DNA from: Calditrichia bacterium
GTDB lineage: Bacteria > Calditrichota > Calditrichia > JAJRVZ01
DNA: 64,000 bases
Direction: 5' to 3'
Assembly (NCBI GenBank): GCA_963796965.1
Contig: CAWCNS010000005.1
Location: 192,001-256,000 of the forward strand
Shown here: positions 35,003-46,291 of the stretch, in pieces
Position numbering within the stretch: position 1 is the stretch's first letter
How the letters are laid out: the number at the start of each line of letters is the position of its first letter
The notes under the pieces: generated by a model
Told to the model about the DNA's origin: nothing
Database searches by the model: none
What the model saw: the letters and a program-made list of their open reading frames with translations, nothing else
Made by a program: the position numbers and the translations under genes

Positions 35003-35572
35003 TTATGATTCGACCACCTTTTTAATCAGGCGTTCTAATTCTTTTTTGCATTGGTATTTTTTTGATTTTGCTACATCTTCGTTGGCCAGATTCAAACTTT
35101 GACTAATCTCCAGCATTGACTTTTCTTCGAAATAAAATTTTACTAAAATATTCTTACAGAGATCGGAGAGTTCCCCCATACATTTTTTAACAATCTCCAT
35201 GAGTTCATCATTTTCGATCTTTTCTGTAATATCCGAAAATTCATCGGGATTATGGTTTAATTCATCGAGACTTGTCAGCTTTTTCCTTCTCGAAAGTTCC
35301 CTTAACCATTTATTTCTAACTATTCCGAATAGAAATGTTGATAGTTTAGATGTAAGAACAAAATTTTCTCTCAGTATCTTTTCCCAGAGAACCACTAATG
35401 CGTCTTGCAATAACTCCGCAGCATCAGATCCGGTACCATTGTTCTGGAGGATATATTTCATGATCATCCGGATATTCTTGTCATATAGATAGGCCAGAGC
35501 TGAATCATCGCCATTTCCAATGGCATTTATCAATTGCTGGTCATTTTGAAAAATCTGAATAATCCGAACCAT
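35003..35572 (-). CDS. ECF (sigma-70 group 4) RNA polymerase sigma factor
   Basis: AAELLQDA, LSTFLFGIVRNKW, region 4 with KSKKYQCKKEL. Confidence 0.9.
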   Translation of the reverse strand: MVRIIQIFQNDQQLINAIGNGDDSALAYLYDKNIRMIMKYILQNNGTGSDAAELLQDALVVLWEKILRENFVLTSKLSTFLFGIVRNKWLRELSRRKKLTSLDELNHNPDEFSDITEKIENDELMEIVKKCMGELSDLCKNILVKFYFEEKSMLEISQSLNLANEDVAKSKKYQCKKELERLIKKVVES

Positions 35573-35850
35573 GCTTTTCTATTAATCCTGGATAGAGGCT
35601 ATAGGTAAATCCTGTATTACACTTTTTATTTTAATATTGAATTCGTTTAATAATTCAGTAATAATCAACAGTGAACTATCTTTTACCAGATACTCATAAA
35701 TACGGGAATATTGAAAAAAATACTGATTCATGCTTACTGTATCAACCAATTTCTTCTAATGGGCAAAAAAAGTGTATAAAATCATTTTTTTGTTTACTAT
35801 AACCTATTTTTTGAATATACTGTGAAATAAATAACAAGGGGTACGATGAT

Positions 35851-36249
35851 ATGGATGCTGAGAAATATCGATATTATCTCAGAGGCATTCTCTGGCTATT
35901 TGTTATACATACAACCGCTGTTGCTGTTGGACTCTTCCTGTTACCCACTGAATATCTTGTCTGTTTTGGATTGGAGGGATACCAGGGAAGGTTCTTTCAG
36001 ACTCAGGCTGGTGTTTTTCATTTGATAATGGGGGTTGCCTACCTTTTAGCTTTATTTCATGGAGAAAAACAATATTGGTTGATTTATTTTGCAATCATTG
36101 CTAAATCAGTTGCTGTGGTCTTTTTATTGCTGTATTATCTGTTAATGGAGCCAAGTTGGATCGTCATTTTTTCTGCATTTGGAGATGGGGTACTGGGGTG
36201 GATACTATATCATTTATATAAACGATTCCGAGATAGTCAGATCGCATGA
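35851..36249 (+). CDS. Small four-TM membrane protein
   Basis: Hydrophobic helices with HT and GVFH histidines; just upstream of the SDR fusion. Confidence 0.7.
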   Translation: MDAEKYRYYLRGILWLFVIHTTAVAVGLFLLPTEYLVCFGLEGYQGRFFQTQAGVFHLIMGVAYLLALFHGEKQYWLIYFAIIAKSVAVVFLLLYYLLMEPSWIVIFSAFGDGVLGWILYHLYKRFRDSQIA

Positions 36250-36294
36250 ATTGCCAGCTCTATAGAAAATATTATAAGTTCTAAAGGATAGAAG

Positions 36295-37839
36295 ATGTAT
36301 GCAGATGCCAAATTGGTAAAGAGACCTACGAGATTACCTGTAATGATTGTAACAGGTGCTTCTGGCTTTATTGGTCGGCATGTTCTTGAATCATTTAAGT
36401 ATGAGTTTTATATCTATGCTATTGCCCGGCGTGCCCAACGAGCGGTCGGTGTAGAAAATCATGAAAATATAAACTGGATACGTCTGGATATAGGCGAAGA
36501 GGAGATGGTCGCTGAAACATTTGAAAGAATTCGTGAGAAAGGTGGTGCTGATTTCCTGATCCATTTAGCGGGCTATTATGATTTTACAAATAAAAATCAT
36601 CCTGAATATCTGAGGACAAATATCAATGGTACCAAGCTTATTTTAAAATATGCACAGCGTCTTAATCTTAAAAGATTTATTTTCGCCAGCTCTTTAACTG
36701 TCTCTGAATTTGGTAAAAATGGACCCGTATTAAATGAAAAAAGCGCTGCTAATGCCAACTTTCCCTATGCATTGAGCAAGAAGGAAGGGGAAAGAATAGT
36801 CCACAAATATGGGAAGAAATTTCCGTGCACCGTAATCCGTTGCGCTGCTATATTCAGCGATTGGTGCGAGTATGGCCCCTTGTATGTCTTGTTATCTATG
36901 TGGTTGTCACAACGCTGGGATTCAAATATTCTCACTGGAAAAGGTGAGGCTGCCATTCCCTATTTTCATACAAGGAATCTGAATTCTCTTCTATCTAGTA
37001 ATTATAAAAAATACTGATGCGCTCAAGGCGTACGATGTCTACATGGCCAGTCATGACGGTTGTACTTCTCAGCGCGAATTGCATGATATCTCCATGCGCT
37101 ATAATTATGGCAAGACCGCGAATATTAATTATTTTCCGGTATGGTTGGCATGGTTTGGTGTGACTTCTCTATACTTACTGGGGATACTTAAGGGTAAGAA
37201 ACCCTTTATCCAACCATGGATGCTCAAGATGACCGATAAAAAAATGATCATCGATGCTTCCTACACCCGTAAAATATTAAACTGGAAGCCTGTAGAGCGA
37301 TTTGAAATTGAACGACGTCTCCTGTTTTTGATCGAAAATAGGAAGAGCAATCAGTATGAATGGGATCGTCGGAATGAACAGGCTATAACGAAAGGTGGAG
37401 AAACAAGACTTAATTTATTGATTTACGAGTCGATGGTACACCTGGAGCAAGAAATCATAGATGAGATCATATTACACATTCATAAACCTGAGAACGAGAA
37501 CAAATTTAACAGATATATTCAACTTGATCCCCAGGAGCTGGAGTATCGATTTCGAAACCTGTATAAAATGCTCAAAACAGCCGTAGTGTTGAGTGACCGT
37601 TTGCAGGTATTGAGTGTATGCTCGCACGCTAGGCAGTCGAGCGATTTAAAGAACATTTTGAAGTAGGGGAAGTAATCAATGCGATACGCTTGGTTGGCGA
37701 TATAATTGTTACTCATTTAAAATTAATGGAAGGATTGATGAACAACCATTTGCGCATTCATGATGAGATATTATTAACTGTTCAGCTAATTGTTGATGAG
37801 TTAGAGGATTCATATGACAGACTCTTGGGAGTATATTAG
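36295..37839 (+). CDS. Extended SDR (NAD-dependent epimerase) with C-terminal all-helical domain; frameshifts near 37000 and 37615-37650
   Basis: TGASGFIG, HLAGYYDF, YALSK, FSDWCEY; the reading continues to ...VDELEDSYDRLLGVY* (TAG 37837-37839); paralog of 49384-50994. Confidence 0.8.
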
Positions 37840-37845
37840 GCAGGG

Positions 37846-38331
37846 TTATTTTTTCCGATAGTTCACATTCCACAAAGTTAGTATCGAAAAAACTTCTTCT
37901 ATAATTCGCTCAAAATCTTGTTTCAATTCAGGGGAAACATCAAGATCTAGCTCCATCTTGTACGGTTGGATACCCACCAGACAGATCGCCTCAGGTCTAA
38001 TATCAAGAATTTTAATCATGCTCAAAACGTCCGACAATCCGAGGTGATGAAGAGAAATCTTTGACGTCAGCATGGTAAGAATGTCATCATCCTTGATAAT
38101 ACCTAGATGGCCCGGTTCCTTATCAAAATTTACGGCATCAATGATCAGGACTTTCTTGCTGTTTTCAAAATAGGTTAGTAGATCTGCACCAGTAGTTCCA
38201 CCATCGATGATGGTAATCGGGGGAGTGAAGACAAATTTATCATTGAGGAGATTGGCGATATGCACGCCAATCCCCTCATCTTGCATCAGGATATTTCCCA
38301 ACCCCAGAATTGTTATTTCTGTTCTAATCAT
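37846..38331 (-). CDS. hybD: Hydrogenase maturation protease (HybD/HyaD)
   Basis: GLGNILMQDEGIG, IDGGT, IDAV, SLHHLGL. Confidence 0.92.
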   Translation of the reverse strand: MIRTEITILGLGNILMQDEGIGVHIANLLNDKFVFTPPITIIDGGTTGADLLTYFENSKKVLIIDAVNFDKEPGHLGIIKDDDILTMLTSKISLHHLGLSDVLSMIKILDIRPEAICLVGIQPYKMELDLDVSPELKQDFERIIEEVFSILTLWNVNYRKK

Positions 38332-40031
38332 TTCATGACGCTAACGCGCACGATCTCCTTCTTTTTATTGTCATGTAAATGTATGGCACAGGCGAGACAG
38401 GGATCAAAGGAGTGAACTGTTCTTAATACCTCTAATGGTTTCTCTTCATCCGCAATAGGATTGCCCATAAGAGAAGCTTCATAAGGTCCCATAGCATCGT
38501 CTTGATTTCTGGGACCGGCATTCCAGGTAGAAGGTACAACCGCCTGATAGTTCTCTATTTTACCATTATTAATAACAATCCAGTGAGAAAGAACGCCGCG
38601 TGGGGCCTCATGAAAACCGAAGCCTCTTTGTTCGCCGCTGGGAAACTCTGGTTTGTTAAATGTATCCAGATCACCCCTAGGAATATTTTCAATTAATAAT
38701 TGATAATTTTTCTCCAGTATATCATAAAGTACGGCACAACGTACCGCCCTGGCAGCGTGTCGACCAAGCGTAGAATGGAGAGCCGAGAGAGGAACGGCGC
38801 TTCCCGTAAGACTTTTAATCTTTGCCAGAGCAATATTCAGGTACTTTTTTGTCGGTTTGTGGCCGGCAACATACATGGCTAAAACATTAGCCAGAGGCCC
38901 TACCTGAGCTGGTTTTCCACTAAAACTCGGTGCTTTTACCCAGGAATATTTACCACTGTCCTGAAAATCTTTATAATCCGGAACCGTTTCTTCATCCCAT
39001 GGATGTCGGGTCCAGCTACCTTTGTACCAGGAATGTTTAATGCTCTCCTGTACGTTTTTTCTGAAAAAATCATCATCAAAACTTTTGATAGCTTTGAATT
39101 GATTGACATCTCCATTGGGGATGTATCCTCCCGGTGTTAAAAACTCTTTACCCTTGGTGTCGATAGGGAAGTCAGGCACGGATAAATAATTTTTTACACC
39201 TGCCCCATAGTTTAGCCAGTCTGTATAATGAGCAGCGACAGCAGCAACATCAGTAACATAAACATCAAGAATAAATTGTTGGATTTTATCCATCAGGGTT
39301 TTAACATAGTACAATCTTTCCATGTTTAATGCAGACTGGTTGTCAGGGTTGATTGGATTTGCAACACCACCAACAGCCAGGTTTTGGATATGAGGTGTTT
39401 TGCTGCCTAAAATACTAACAATTTTATTGATCTCACGTTGATATTCAAGTGCTTCCAGGTAGTGTGCAGCAGCAATCAGATTTACCTCCGGTGGCAATTT
39501 CATTGCCGGATGTCCCCAGTAGCCATTTGTAAATATACCTAACTGTCCGGTACTGACAAATGATTTTAATTTATCCTGCACACCCTTATAATAGGGCGTT
39601 GTGTTATTTGGCCAGTCAGATAACGATCTGGCAATTTTTGCCGCACCTGCCGGGCTGGCTTTTAAGGCAGATACAATGTCTACCCAATCTAATGCGGATA
39701 GGTGATAAAAATGAACAATATGATCGTGGATACCGTGGGCGGCAATGATCATATTACGAATATATTGAGCATTTAATGGAATCTCCATTTGGAGGGCATT
39801 TTCTACAGCACGAACAGACGCCATTGCGTGAACCGTCGTGCAAACACCGCAAATGCGTTGGGTAAATACCCATGCGTCTCGCGGATCGCGGTCTTTTAAA
39901 ATGACCTCTATACCCCGCCACATCTGTCCGGATGACCAGGCATTGGTCACCTTTCCACCATCCACCTGACAATCTATACGCAGATGGCCTTCAATCCTGG
40001 TGATGGGGTCAACAGTTATTCTCTTTGACAT
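38328..40031 (-). CDS. hybC: [NiFe]-hydrogenase large subunit (Hyd-2 / group 1c-like)
   Basis: DPITRIEGH, L1 RICGVCTTVH, L2 SFDPCLACAIH plus cleavable C-terminal tail. Confidence 0.95.
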   Translation of the reverse strand: MSKRITVDPITRIEGHLRIDCQVDGGKVTNAWSSGQMWRGIEVILKDRDPRDAWVFTQRICGVCTTVHAMASVRAVENALQMEIPLNAQYIRNMIIAAHGIHDHIVHFYHLSALDWVDIVSALKASPAGAAKIARSLSDWPNNTTPYYKGVQDKLKSFVSTGQLGIFTNGYWGHPAMKLPPEVNLIAAAHYLEALEYQREINKIVSILGSKTPHIQNLAVGGVANPINPDNQSALNMERLYYVKTLMDKIQQFILDVYVTDVAAVAAHYTDWLNYGAGVKNYLSVPDFPIDTKGKEFLTPGGYIPNGDVNQFKAIKSFDDDFFRKNVQESIKHSWYKGSWTRHPWDEETVPDYKDFQDSGKYSWVKAPSFSGKPAQVGPLANVLAMYVAGHKPTKKYLNIALAKIKSLTGSAVPLSALHSTLGRHAARAVRCAVLYDILEKNYQLLIENIPRGDLDTFNKPEFPSGEQRGFGFHEAPRGVLSHWIVINNGKIENYQAVVPSTWNAGPRNQDDAMGPYEASLMGNPIADEEKPLEVLRTVHSFDPCLACAIHLHDNKKKEIVRVSVMK

Positions 40032-40049
40032 GAAAGTTTCCTCCTAAAA

Positions 40050-41193
40050 TTATTGTGCATGTTTCACATCTGGCAGAACAGGCAGCATTTTTACAAACAC
40101 CAGATAGGCCATAATTTCCATTGCGATTATACCAACCGTTATCATAATCTCTGAAAAAGACGGAAAATACACATAACCGCCTCCTGGTTCAAAACCAATC
40201 AGGAAAGTATTAAATCGATAAACAGCACCTGCCAGCAACATGGAAACTGCAGAGAGAAACAAATATTTTGGTACTTTTCTTTTTTCTGCTGAGAACAGTA
40301 TCACCATTGGATAGATGAACAGGATATTCTCGACAATAAACATGAAACTTTGCAGATTAAATGTAAACATTTCACCCAGGGCGCCACGGTAAATCAGGTC
40401 ACCAATTCGAACGATATAAAATACAACTAATAGCTTAGGAATAACCCCCGCTAATCGGGTAAGCATGGAAGTTTCCAACGGTCTTTTCAAACCGATAGAA
40501 GAAAATTTAGATTCAAATACAACGATAGCAAATCCCATTGTAATGGCACTAATCAAAAATAATAATGGTAGAAAATCGGTTTGCCAGAGTGGAGATACTT
40601 TTTGTCCGGCGATGATCATCAAGCTCCCAAGAGATGATTGGTGCATAGTCGGTAAAAGTACCCCTAAGGCAATAAAAAAGAACATAACTTTGTTTAATAA
40701 TTTAAGTTTACCTTCATGTTCTTTTTTACCCTCCAAAAATGTTGGACTGAATTCAATCCACATAACGGCGACGTATAGGGCGACACATACGGCAACTTCA
40801 AACATGATTGAATTTGGATTGGCTGTTCCGGGTAGAAAAATATTCTGTAAATTCCACCACCGTCCGGTATCCACATATATGGATACACCGGCAAGTGTGT
40901 AGCCAAACATACCAGCCATAAGTGCAGAACGCACAAGCGGGTGGTATTTACCTTTGTTGAATATGTATACCAGCATAGCCATTGAATATCCACCACAAGC
41001 AATGGCCGTACCAGTGACCACGTCATAAACTATCCAAAGTCCCCATGGATAACCGTCACTCAGATTTGAAACGGAGCCCAACCCGAAGAAATATCTTTTC
41101 AGGATTAAAAATACACCAATGATGCCAAAAATCATTAAAATCTTAAATGGCTTGGTAAATATTTTTCCTCCTAACGGTTTGCTTTCAATGCAT
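40050..41193 (-). CDS. hybB: Hydrogenase-2 membrane subunit (NrfD/PsrC family); probable extra base just after the ATG
   Basis: NLSDGYPWGLWIVYDV, TMHQSSLGSL, YRFN; AGGAG SD before ATG 41193. Confidence 0.9.
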
Positions 41194-41205
41194 CGAAGAC
41201 TCCTT

Positions 41206-42183
41206 TTATTCGTCAGTTGGTTGTTTTTTTGTTGAGCGGAATGCCGCAACAGCAAGGCCACCTAATAATACGATTGGACCAATCAATCCTTTATAGATTG
41301 TGTGTTGCAAGGTTTCTGATCTGGCGGCGCCTGAGGTTTCAGGCATTGTCGGTAAACCCAACTTCTCAAATGGTACCGCAGAAAGTAATAAATATTGGGC
41401 ACCGCCTCCTTCTTTTTCTCCATAAACCTGCTTAACATATTTAGCCACCGGCCTACTTTTCTTCTCCTTATTATCAACAGTGTGAACGGGGAAATCGTAA
41501 ACCTCTCCTGGCTTCAGTTCAAGCCGTTTCTTCGCTTCAGATTGCAGGGCATCAAGCCTTCCAAAAATAGTTGCGCCGGTTGGACACCATTCCGAGCATC
41601 CCGTTATGCCGCCATCCTCTAATACATGGTTGCATAATTGGCATTTTACTAGTTCTGGCAACGCTTTATCGTATTCAAATTTGGGAATCAGATATTGACA
41701 GGCAATCTGACAGTAACGACATCCACAACAGGCATCTTTGTCCCATGTTACAATGCCCTTAACCGGATCTTTAAGCAGAGCCGAAGTCGGGCAAGCAGAC
41801 TGACAGTCCGGATCGAAACAGTGCATGCAGGCACGTTTTACAAATGAAAAGCCATCGATTTCCTGGTCCTTATTGGCAGCCGTACCGTTTTTGTAAACCT
41901 TGATCTTATTCATGGTCCGGGAATCAAGATCGCGTGAATCATCCCAGATGCCATGAACACCAAAATGGTCTTCAATTTCGGAATGCACCGGGGGTTTTTC
42001 ATTTCTTGTTTTACATCCAACTTCACACGCTTTACATCCTACGCACAATGTTGCGTCGTATAGCAAACCTACTGCGTCTGGCGGCATTGTATAAGTTGAA
42101 CGGGCCTGTGATTCTTTGGTCGTCGTCGCTGTCACTACACCGGCGGAGAGAACTTTTAGAAAATCTCTTCTTTGCAGATTCAT
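41206..42183 (-). CDS. hybA: Hydrogenase-2 ferredoxin-type subunit
   Basis: Tat signal QRRDFLK; CVGCKACEVGC, CMHC..PDCQSACP, CCGCRYCQIAC, CQLC; C-terminal anchor. Confidence 0.92.
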   Translation of the reverse strand: MNLQRRDFLKVLSAGVVTATTTKESQARSTYTMPPDAVGLLYDATLCVGCKACEVGCKTRNEKPPVHSEIEDHFGVHGIWDDSRDLDSRTMNKIKVYKNGTAANKDQEIDGFSFVKRACMHCFDPDCQSACPTSALLKDPVKGIVTWDKDACCGCRYCQIACQYLIPKFEYDKALPELVKCQLCNHVLEDGGITGCSEWCPTGATIFGRLDALQSEAKKRLELKPGEVYDFPVHTVDNKEKKSRPVAKYVKQVYGEKEGGGAQYLLLSAVPFEKLGLPTMPETSGAARSETLQHTIYKGLIGPIVLLGGLAVAAFRSTKKQPTDE

Positions 42184-42195
42184 TTTCTCACCTCC

Positions 42196-43357
42196 TTAGG
42201 ATTCTTCTTTTTCCGGTGCATTATCTCCCGTACTTTTTTCTTCATTTAGACTTTTAGCTACTTTTATTCCTGCCGTAACTGCTGCTCCCGCAGCAGCGCC
42301 TGCTACAGCAGCGCCACCAATCGTCCATCCTCCGGTTGTTTTTTCTTCAATTATATCAGGATAAGTCGCAGGAGGGGTTACGGTAAAGACGGTTGCCTGT
42401 TGATGGATCGGTTTTGTAAATCCCACACCCTTCTCCGTACAACCAAAGCAAGGGTGGCCTGTGCCCACGGGCCAGGCATTGGAGCCAACATCACCAAAAA
42501 GACTGAATCGGACAATTGGCATAGGTTTCAGGGCCCTTGCAACCAAGTTTGTATAAACACCATCCTTGTTTGTGGCCGGGACCACCGAATTCTTCCGCAA
42601 ATCGGCCAGCATCAAAATGTGGACGTCGTTCACAATTTTCGTGAACCAATCGGCCATAGGCAAACAGGGGACGGCCCATACCATCGAGTTCAGGTAGTTT
42701 TTTTAGGGTGAGATAGTATAGAACTGTTGATAAAAGATTGTAAGGACTTGCCGGACAACCCGGAAGGTTGATAACGGATTTGTCAGTGAGAATCTGGTGT
42801 ATACCTTTTGCCTCTGTTGGATTAGGAAAGGCTGATTGTACACCGCCCCAGGAGGCGCAGGATCCAATTGCAACAACAGCAGCTGCTTTTGGCCCGATAT
42901 CGGTCAAAATATCTAAAGCTGTACGTCCTCCAATTTTACAATAGATACCATCATCCTTGGTTGGGACAGATCCTTCACAAACAAGAATAAATTTACCCTC
43001 ATTTTCTTTGACCGAGTTATGCAACGCTTCTTCAACCTGATGACCAGCTGCAACACTTAACGTTTCTGAGTAATCCAGTGAGATGAGATCCAGAATCAGA
43101 CTTTCCACTGTAGGATGTGTAGCCCTCAGCAAAGATTCTGTACATCCCGTACATTCCTGAAAATGTAACCAGATAACCGGTGGTCGTTTAGCATTGCCAA
43201 CAGTTTGAGCAATGACATCTGCCATAGTTAGGGGTAAACCCATTGAGGCGGCCATTGCTGTACAGAACTTGAGGAAGTCTCTCCGGGAGACGCCCCTTTG
43301 CTCAAGGTCGGTCAAGCGTTGCCCGGTCATAACATCAATTGAACCCACTTTGGACAT
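42196..43357 (-). CDS. hybO: [NiFe]-hydrogenase small subunit, frameshift near 42495
   Basis: Tat SRRDFLK, QECTGCTES, PGCP, HENCERR, CLYKLGCKGPETYANC, GHPCFGC, C-terminal TM. Confidence 0.92.
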
Positions 43358-43359
43358 GC

Positions 43360-43938
43360 TTAATCCTCCTCTTCATTGGTTGTGATTTTGTTACGTATTT
43401 TATAGTAAAAGCGGCATCTTTGTCTATCACTTCCAAGGGAGCATTTATCACCGATGACGCCATTACATTGAAGACAAATTAAGTCGATGTTTTTTTCCTG
43501 TGCCATACAATTTTGCACATATTCACGTAGCAAGGATAGGAACCTGGATTTATCATCATCTGAGAAAGGAGAAAGTGCGTGATCCTGTTTCTGGAATCGC
43601 ACCGTCTCATACTTTTCAATGATTGATCGACCCTTTTCAGTCAGAGTTACCTCCATGGCTCGCCTGTCTTCAAGGGTGATTTTACGATTAACAAATTTTA
43701 ACTGTACCAGTTTTTCAATATTTTTGCTTGCCGCCGCGCGACTGATGAGAAGAATATCTGCTATTTCACTTACTGTGTAATGACCGGAGACTGAGAGGAT
43801 CTTAAGAATCGTAAACTGTGTTTTAGATAGTAAACCTTTTGTGTGTTCAGTCAGAAAATTCTGTTCTGATACTTCCGAGAGCAACTGTGAGAGGATGCGG
43901 CTATATTCAGCAATTTGCCTGGTGGATTGATTAGCCAC
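43360..43938 (-). CDS. MarR-family regulator with Cys-rich C-terminal extension
   Basis: LSKTQFTIL, SEIADILLISRAAASKNIEKL, EDRR...LTEKG; tail CLQC-x7-C-x8-C; GTG start inferred. Confidence 0.85.
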   Translation of the reverse strand: MANQSTRQIAEYSRILSQLLSEVSEQNFLTEHTKGLLSKTQFTILKILSVSGHYTVSEIADILLISRAAASKNIEKLVQLKFVNRKITLEDRRAMEVTLTEKGRSIIEKYETVRFQKQDHALSPFSDDDKSRFLSLLREYVQNCMAQEKNIDLICLQCNGVIGDKCSLGSDRQRCRFYYKIRNKITTNEEED

Positions 43939-44071
43939 AAATACCACCAATGGTTAATGTGATTAAAAGTTAATTAAGTTAACTATTAATGCTGTTAACT
44001 ATAAACAATTGTGAAAAAAAAAACAAGATTTTTTTTTATTTTCCTTAAAATATTTCTTTTTTTTTACATAT

Positions 44072-44098
44072 GTGTTACATTATTTTAAAACATAACAC
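44072..44098. promoter_or_regulatory. Candidate NikR operator
   Basis: GTGTTAC-N13-ATAACAC, one mismatch from the GTGTTAC-N13/14-GTAACAC NikR palindrome recalled for deltaproteobacteria; abuts the nikR start. Confidence 0.75.
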
Positions 44099-44106
44099 GA
44101 ATGCCC

Positions 44107-44521
44107 ATGAAACTAGTTCGATTTGGCGTATCTTTGCCAGCAGATTTAAGCCAGCGTTTCGATCAGTTGGTTCAACAAAAAAATTATTCGAACCGCTCTG
44201 AGGCTATCCGGGACCTGATCAGACATTCTCTGGTAGAGCAGGAGGTTGAAGCCGATGCCCAGGTGGTTGGTGTCCTAAATCTGCTCTATGATCATCACAA
44301 ACGAGATCTCCAGGATAAACTCACCCTTTTTCAACATGATCATCACGATAAATTTATCTCTACAACCCATGTTCATCTGGATCATGATAATTGTTTGGAA
44401 GTGATTTTATTAAAAGGGAAGGCTGGTGCGGTGAAGTCTATAGCCGATCAGATGATCGCCATCAAAGGGAATTAAACATGGACAGGTTTATCTTACCTCA
44501 ACAGGAAAAGATCTCAGTTAA
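44107..44521 (+). CDS. nikR: Nickel-responsive regulator NikR (extra base near 44468)
   Basis: RFGVSL, YSNRSEAIRDLIR, YDHH, HVHLDHDNCLEV; the C-terminus IKHGQVYLTSTGKDLS* is in the next frame. Confidence 0.95.
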
Positions 44522-44860
44522 GATGATTCATAGTTTAGTATTTCTAATAAAATAATTGGTCCAAACATTTCTCCTTTCGATATTCATGCCGCAGCGATGC
44601 TGCAAACAATTTATTTTAGAATCACGAAGCTCATACAAAGATATCTCTTTCGCCGAATCACGCTGTGCCCCAAATGAAAATATTTAATAGTGAAAATAGA
44701 AAAATTTTAATTTCGGGATGTTGTACCACCTCAAAAATAATATGATTCGTAGAAAAGAAAACTATTAATTTATTCGACATTTAAGAAGACCACCTCTAAA
44801 GAAAAACAGTGAAAAAATTGGCATTTACTAACAGAGTCGCGAAATATTAAAGGGCTACCT

Positions 44861-45838
44861 ATGAAAGCAATTGTACATAAAAAATATGGATCTCCCGACG
44901 TTCTTGAATTAAAAGAGGTAGAAAAACCTACCCTTGCGGAGAATGAAGTATTAATAAAAGTATTCGCAGCAACGGTTAACCGTACAGATTGTGCAATGCT
45001 TAGAGCAAAACCATTTATTATGCGGTTTCTCACAGGCTTACTCAAACCAAATCAACCGGTTCTCGGTACCGATTTTGCAGGTCAGATTGAATCTGTTGGT
45101 AAAAATGTTTCTTCGTTAAAAGTTGGTGATAAAGTATTTGGATTTGATGATAACGGTTTAAGCTCTCATGCCCAATATATGACACTCTCCGAAGATAATG
45201 CGCTGGCAACAATGCCAAATAACATGAATTATGAGCAATCTGCTGCCAGTATCGAAGGTGCACATTATGCCTATAATTTTATCAATAAGGTGAATATTAA
45301 ACGTGGACAAACCGTTCTCGTAAATGGTGCAACTGGCGCAATTGGTTCAGCAGCGGTTCAGCTTCTAAAATATTTTGGAGCAAGTGTGACAGCGGTGTGT
45401 AACACGAAAAATATAGAATTAGTAAAATCGATCGGAGCAGATAAAACGATTGATCATGAAAGGGAGGACTTTACTAAATCTAATGAGAAGTATAATTATG
45501 TTTTCGACACAGTTGGCAAAAGTTCATTCAAAAAGTGTAAGCCATTGTTAGAATCTGGTGGCGTATATATTTCATCGGAACTAGGTCCAATGGTCCAAAA
45601 TCTCTTCTTCGCGCTTTTTACACCAATATTCGGCAATAAAAAAGTTGTTTTTCCCCTACCCAGAGACCGTAAGGGAAGTGTGCTCTTTATCAAAAAACTT
45701 AGTGAGGAAGGGATGTATAGGTCCATTATTGATCGAAAATATTCACTGGAGGCTATTGCCGATGCATTCAGATATGTTGAAACAGGACAAAAAACGGGAA
45801 ATGTTGTCATCACGATGGACCATAACAACATGAGCTGA
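44861..45838 (+). CDS. NAD(P)-dependent MDR oxidoreductase (alcohol dehydrogenase/quinone reductase-like)
   Basis: YGSPDVL, LGTDFAG, NGATGAIG, GQKTGNVVI. Confidence 0.9.
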   Translation: MKAIVHKKYGSPDVLELKEVEKPTLAENEVLIKVFAATVNRTDCAMLRAKPFIMRFLTGLLKPNQPVLGTDFAGQIESVGKNVSSLKVGDKVFGFDDNGLSSHAQYMTLSEDNALATMPNNMNYEQSAASIEGAHYAYNFINKVNIKRGQTVLVNGATGAIGSAAVQLLKYFGASVTAVCNTKNIELVKSIGADKTIDHEREDFTKSNEKYNYVFDTVGKSSFKKCKPLLESGGVYISSELGPMVQNLFFALFTPIFGNKKVVFPLPRDRKGSVLFIKKLSEEGMYRSIIDRKYSLEAIADAFRYVETGQKTGNVVITMDHNNMS

Positions 45839-45933
45839 CAAACGACAACAATTCGCTGTGCTTCATAGCGGCAGATACACTTTATCGCCAAAAATTGTAT
45901 AGTATGGTCAAATTACTTTTAATCTGTAAAATT

Positions 45934-46076
45934 CCTCGAGGCTCTGCCTCGGGTTTCCCCTTTCTCCCTCTCCTTTAGGAAAGGGTTGGGGAGAGGTAAA
46001 TAAACGAAATTCTGATTTACGACATTTGTGTTGAAATAAAACTGGCGAAATACCACGATAGGCATCGGGGATAGTC
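45934..46076. repeat. Cluster of short REP-like palindromes
   Basis: CCTCGAGGCTCTGCCTCGGG; CCCTCTCC...GGGGAGAGG; TACCACGATAGGCATCGGGGATAG. Confidence 0.45.
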
Positions 46077-46291
46077 AGTTTTAAAGAATTTCTTTATTGT
46101 ATAATTTGCAGAGTGTACTATAAAGCCGCATCCATCTGATCCTGAGGCTATTAATTTCCAAAAAGACAAATTCTTGATGACATTTTAAGTCGTTAACGGG
46201 GCAGAGAATTCGGAATATTACTTATTATCATTCCGTTAACTGATGTAAGATCCTTCGTGCAATAGTAAATTATTAAAATAAGGAGAAAAAA

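Noticed and set aside
38328..40031. Selenocysteine ([NiFeSe]) recoding in the large subunit
   Set aside because: The L2 motif is DPCLAC with a normal Cys codon and there is no in-frame TGA.
42496..42684. N-terminal part of ORF 42196-42684 as a separate gene
   Set aside because: It is an out-of-frame shadow of hybO; only the part after the frameshift is real.
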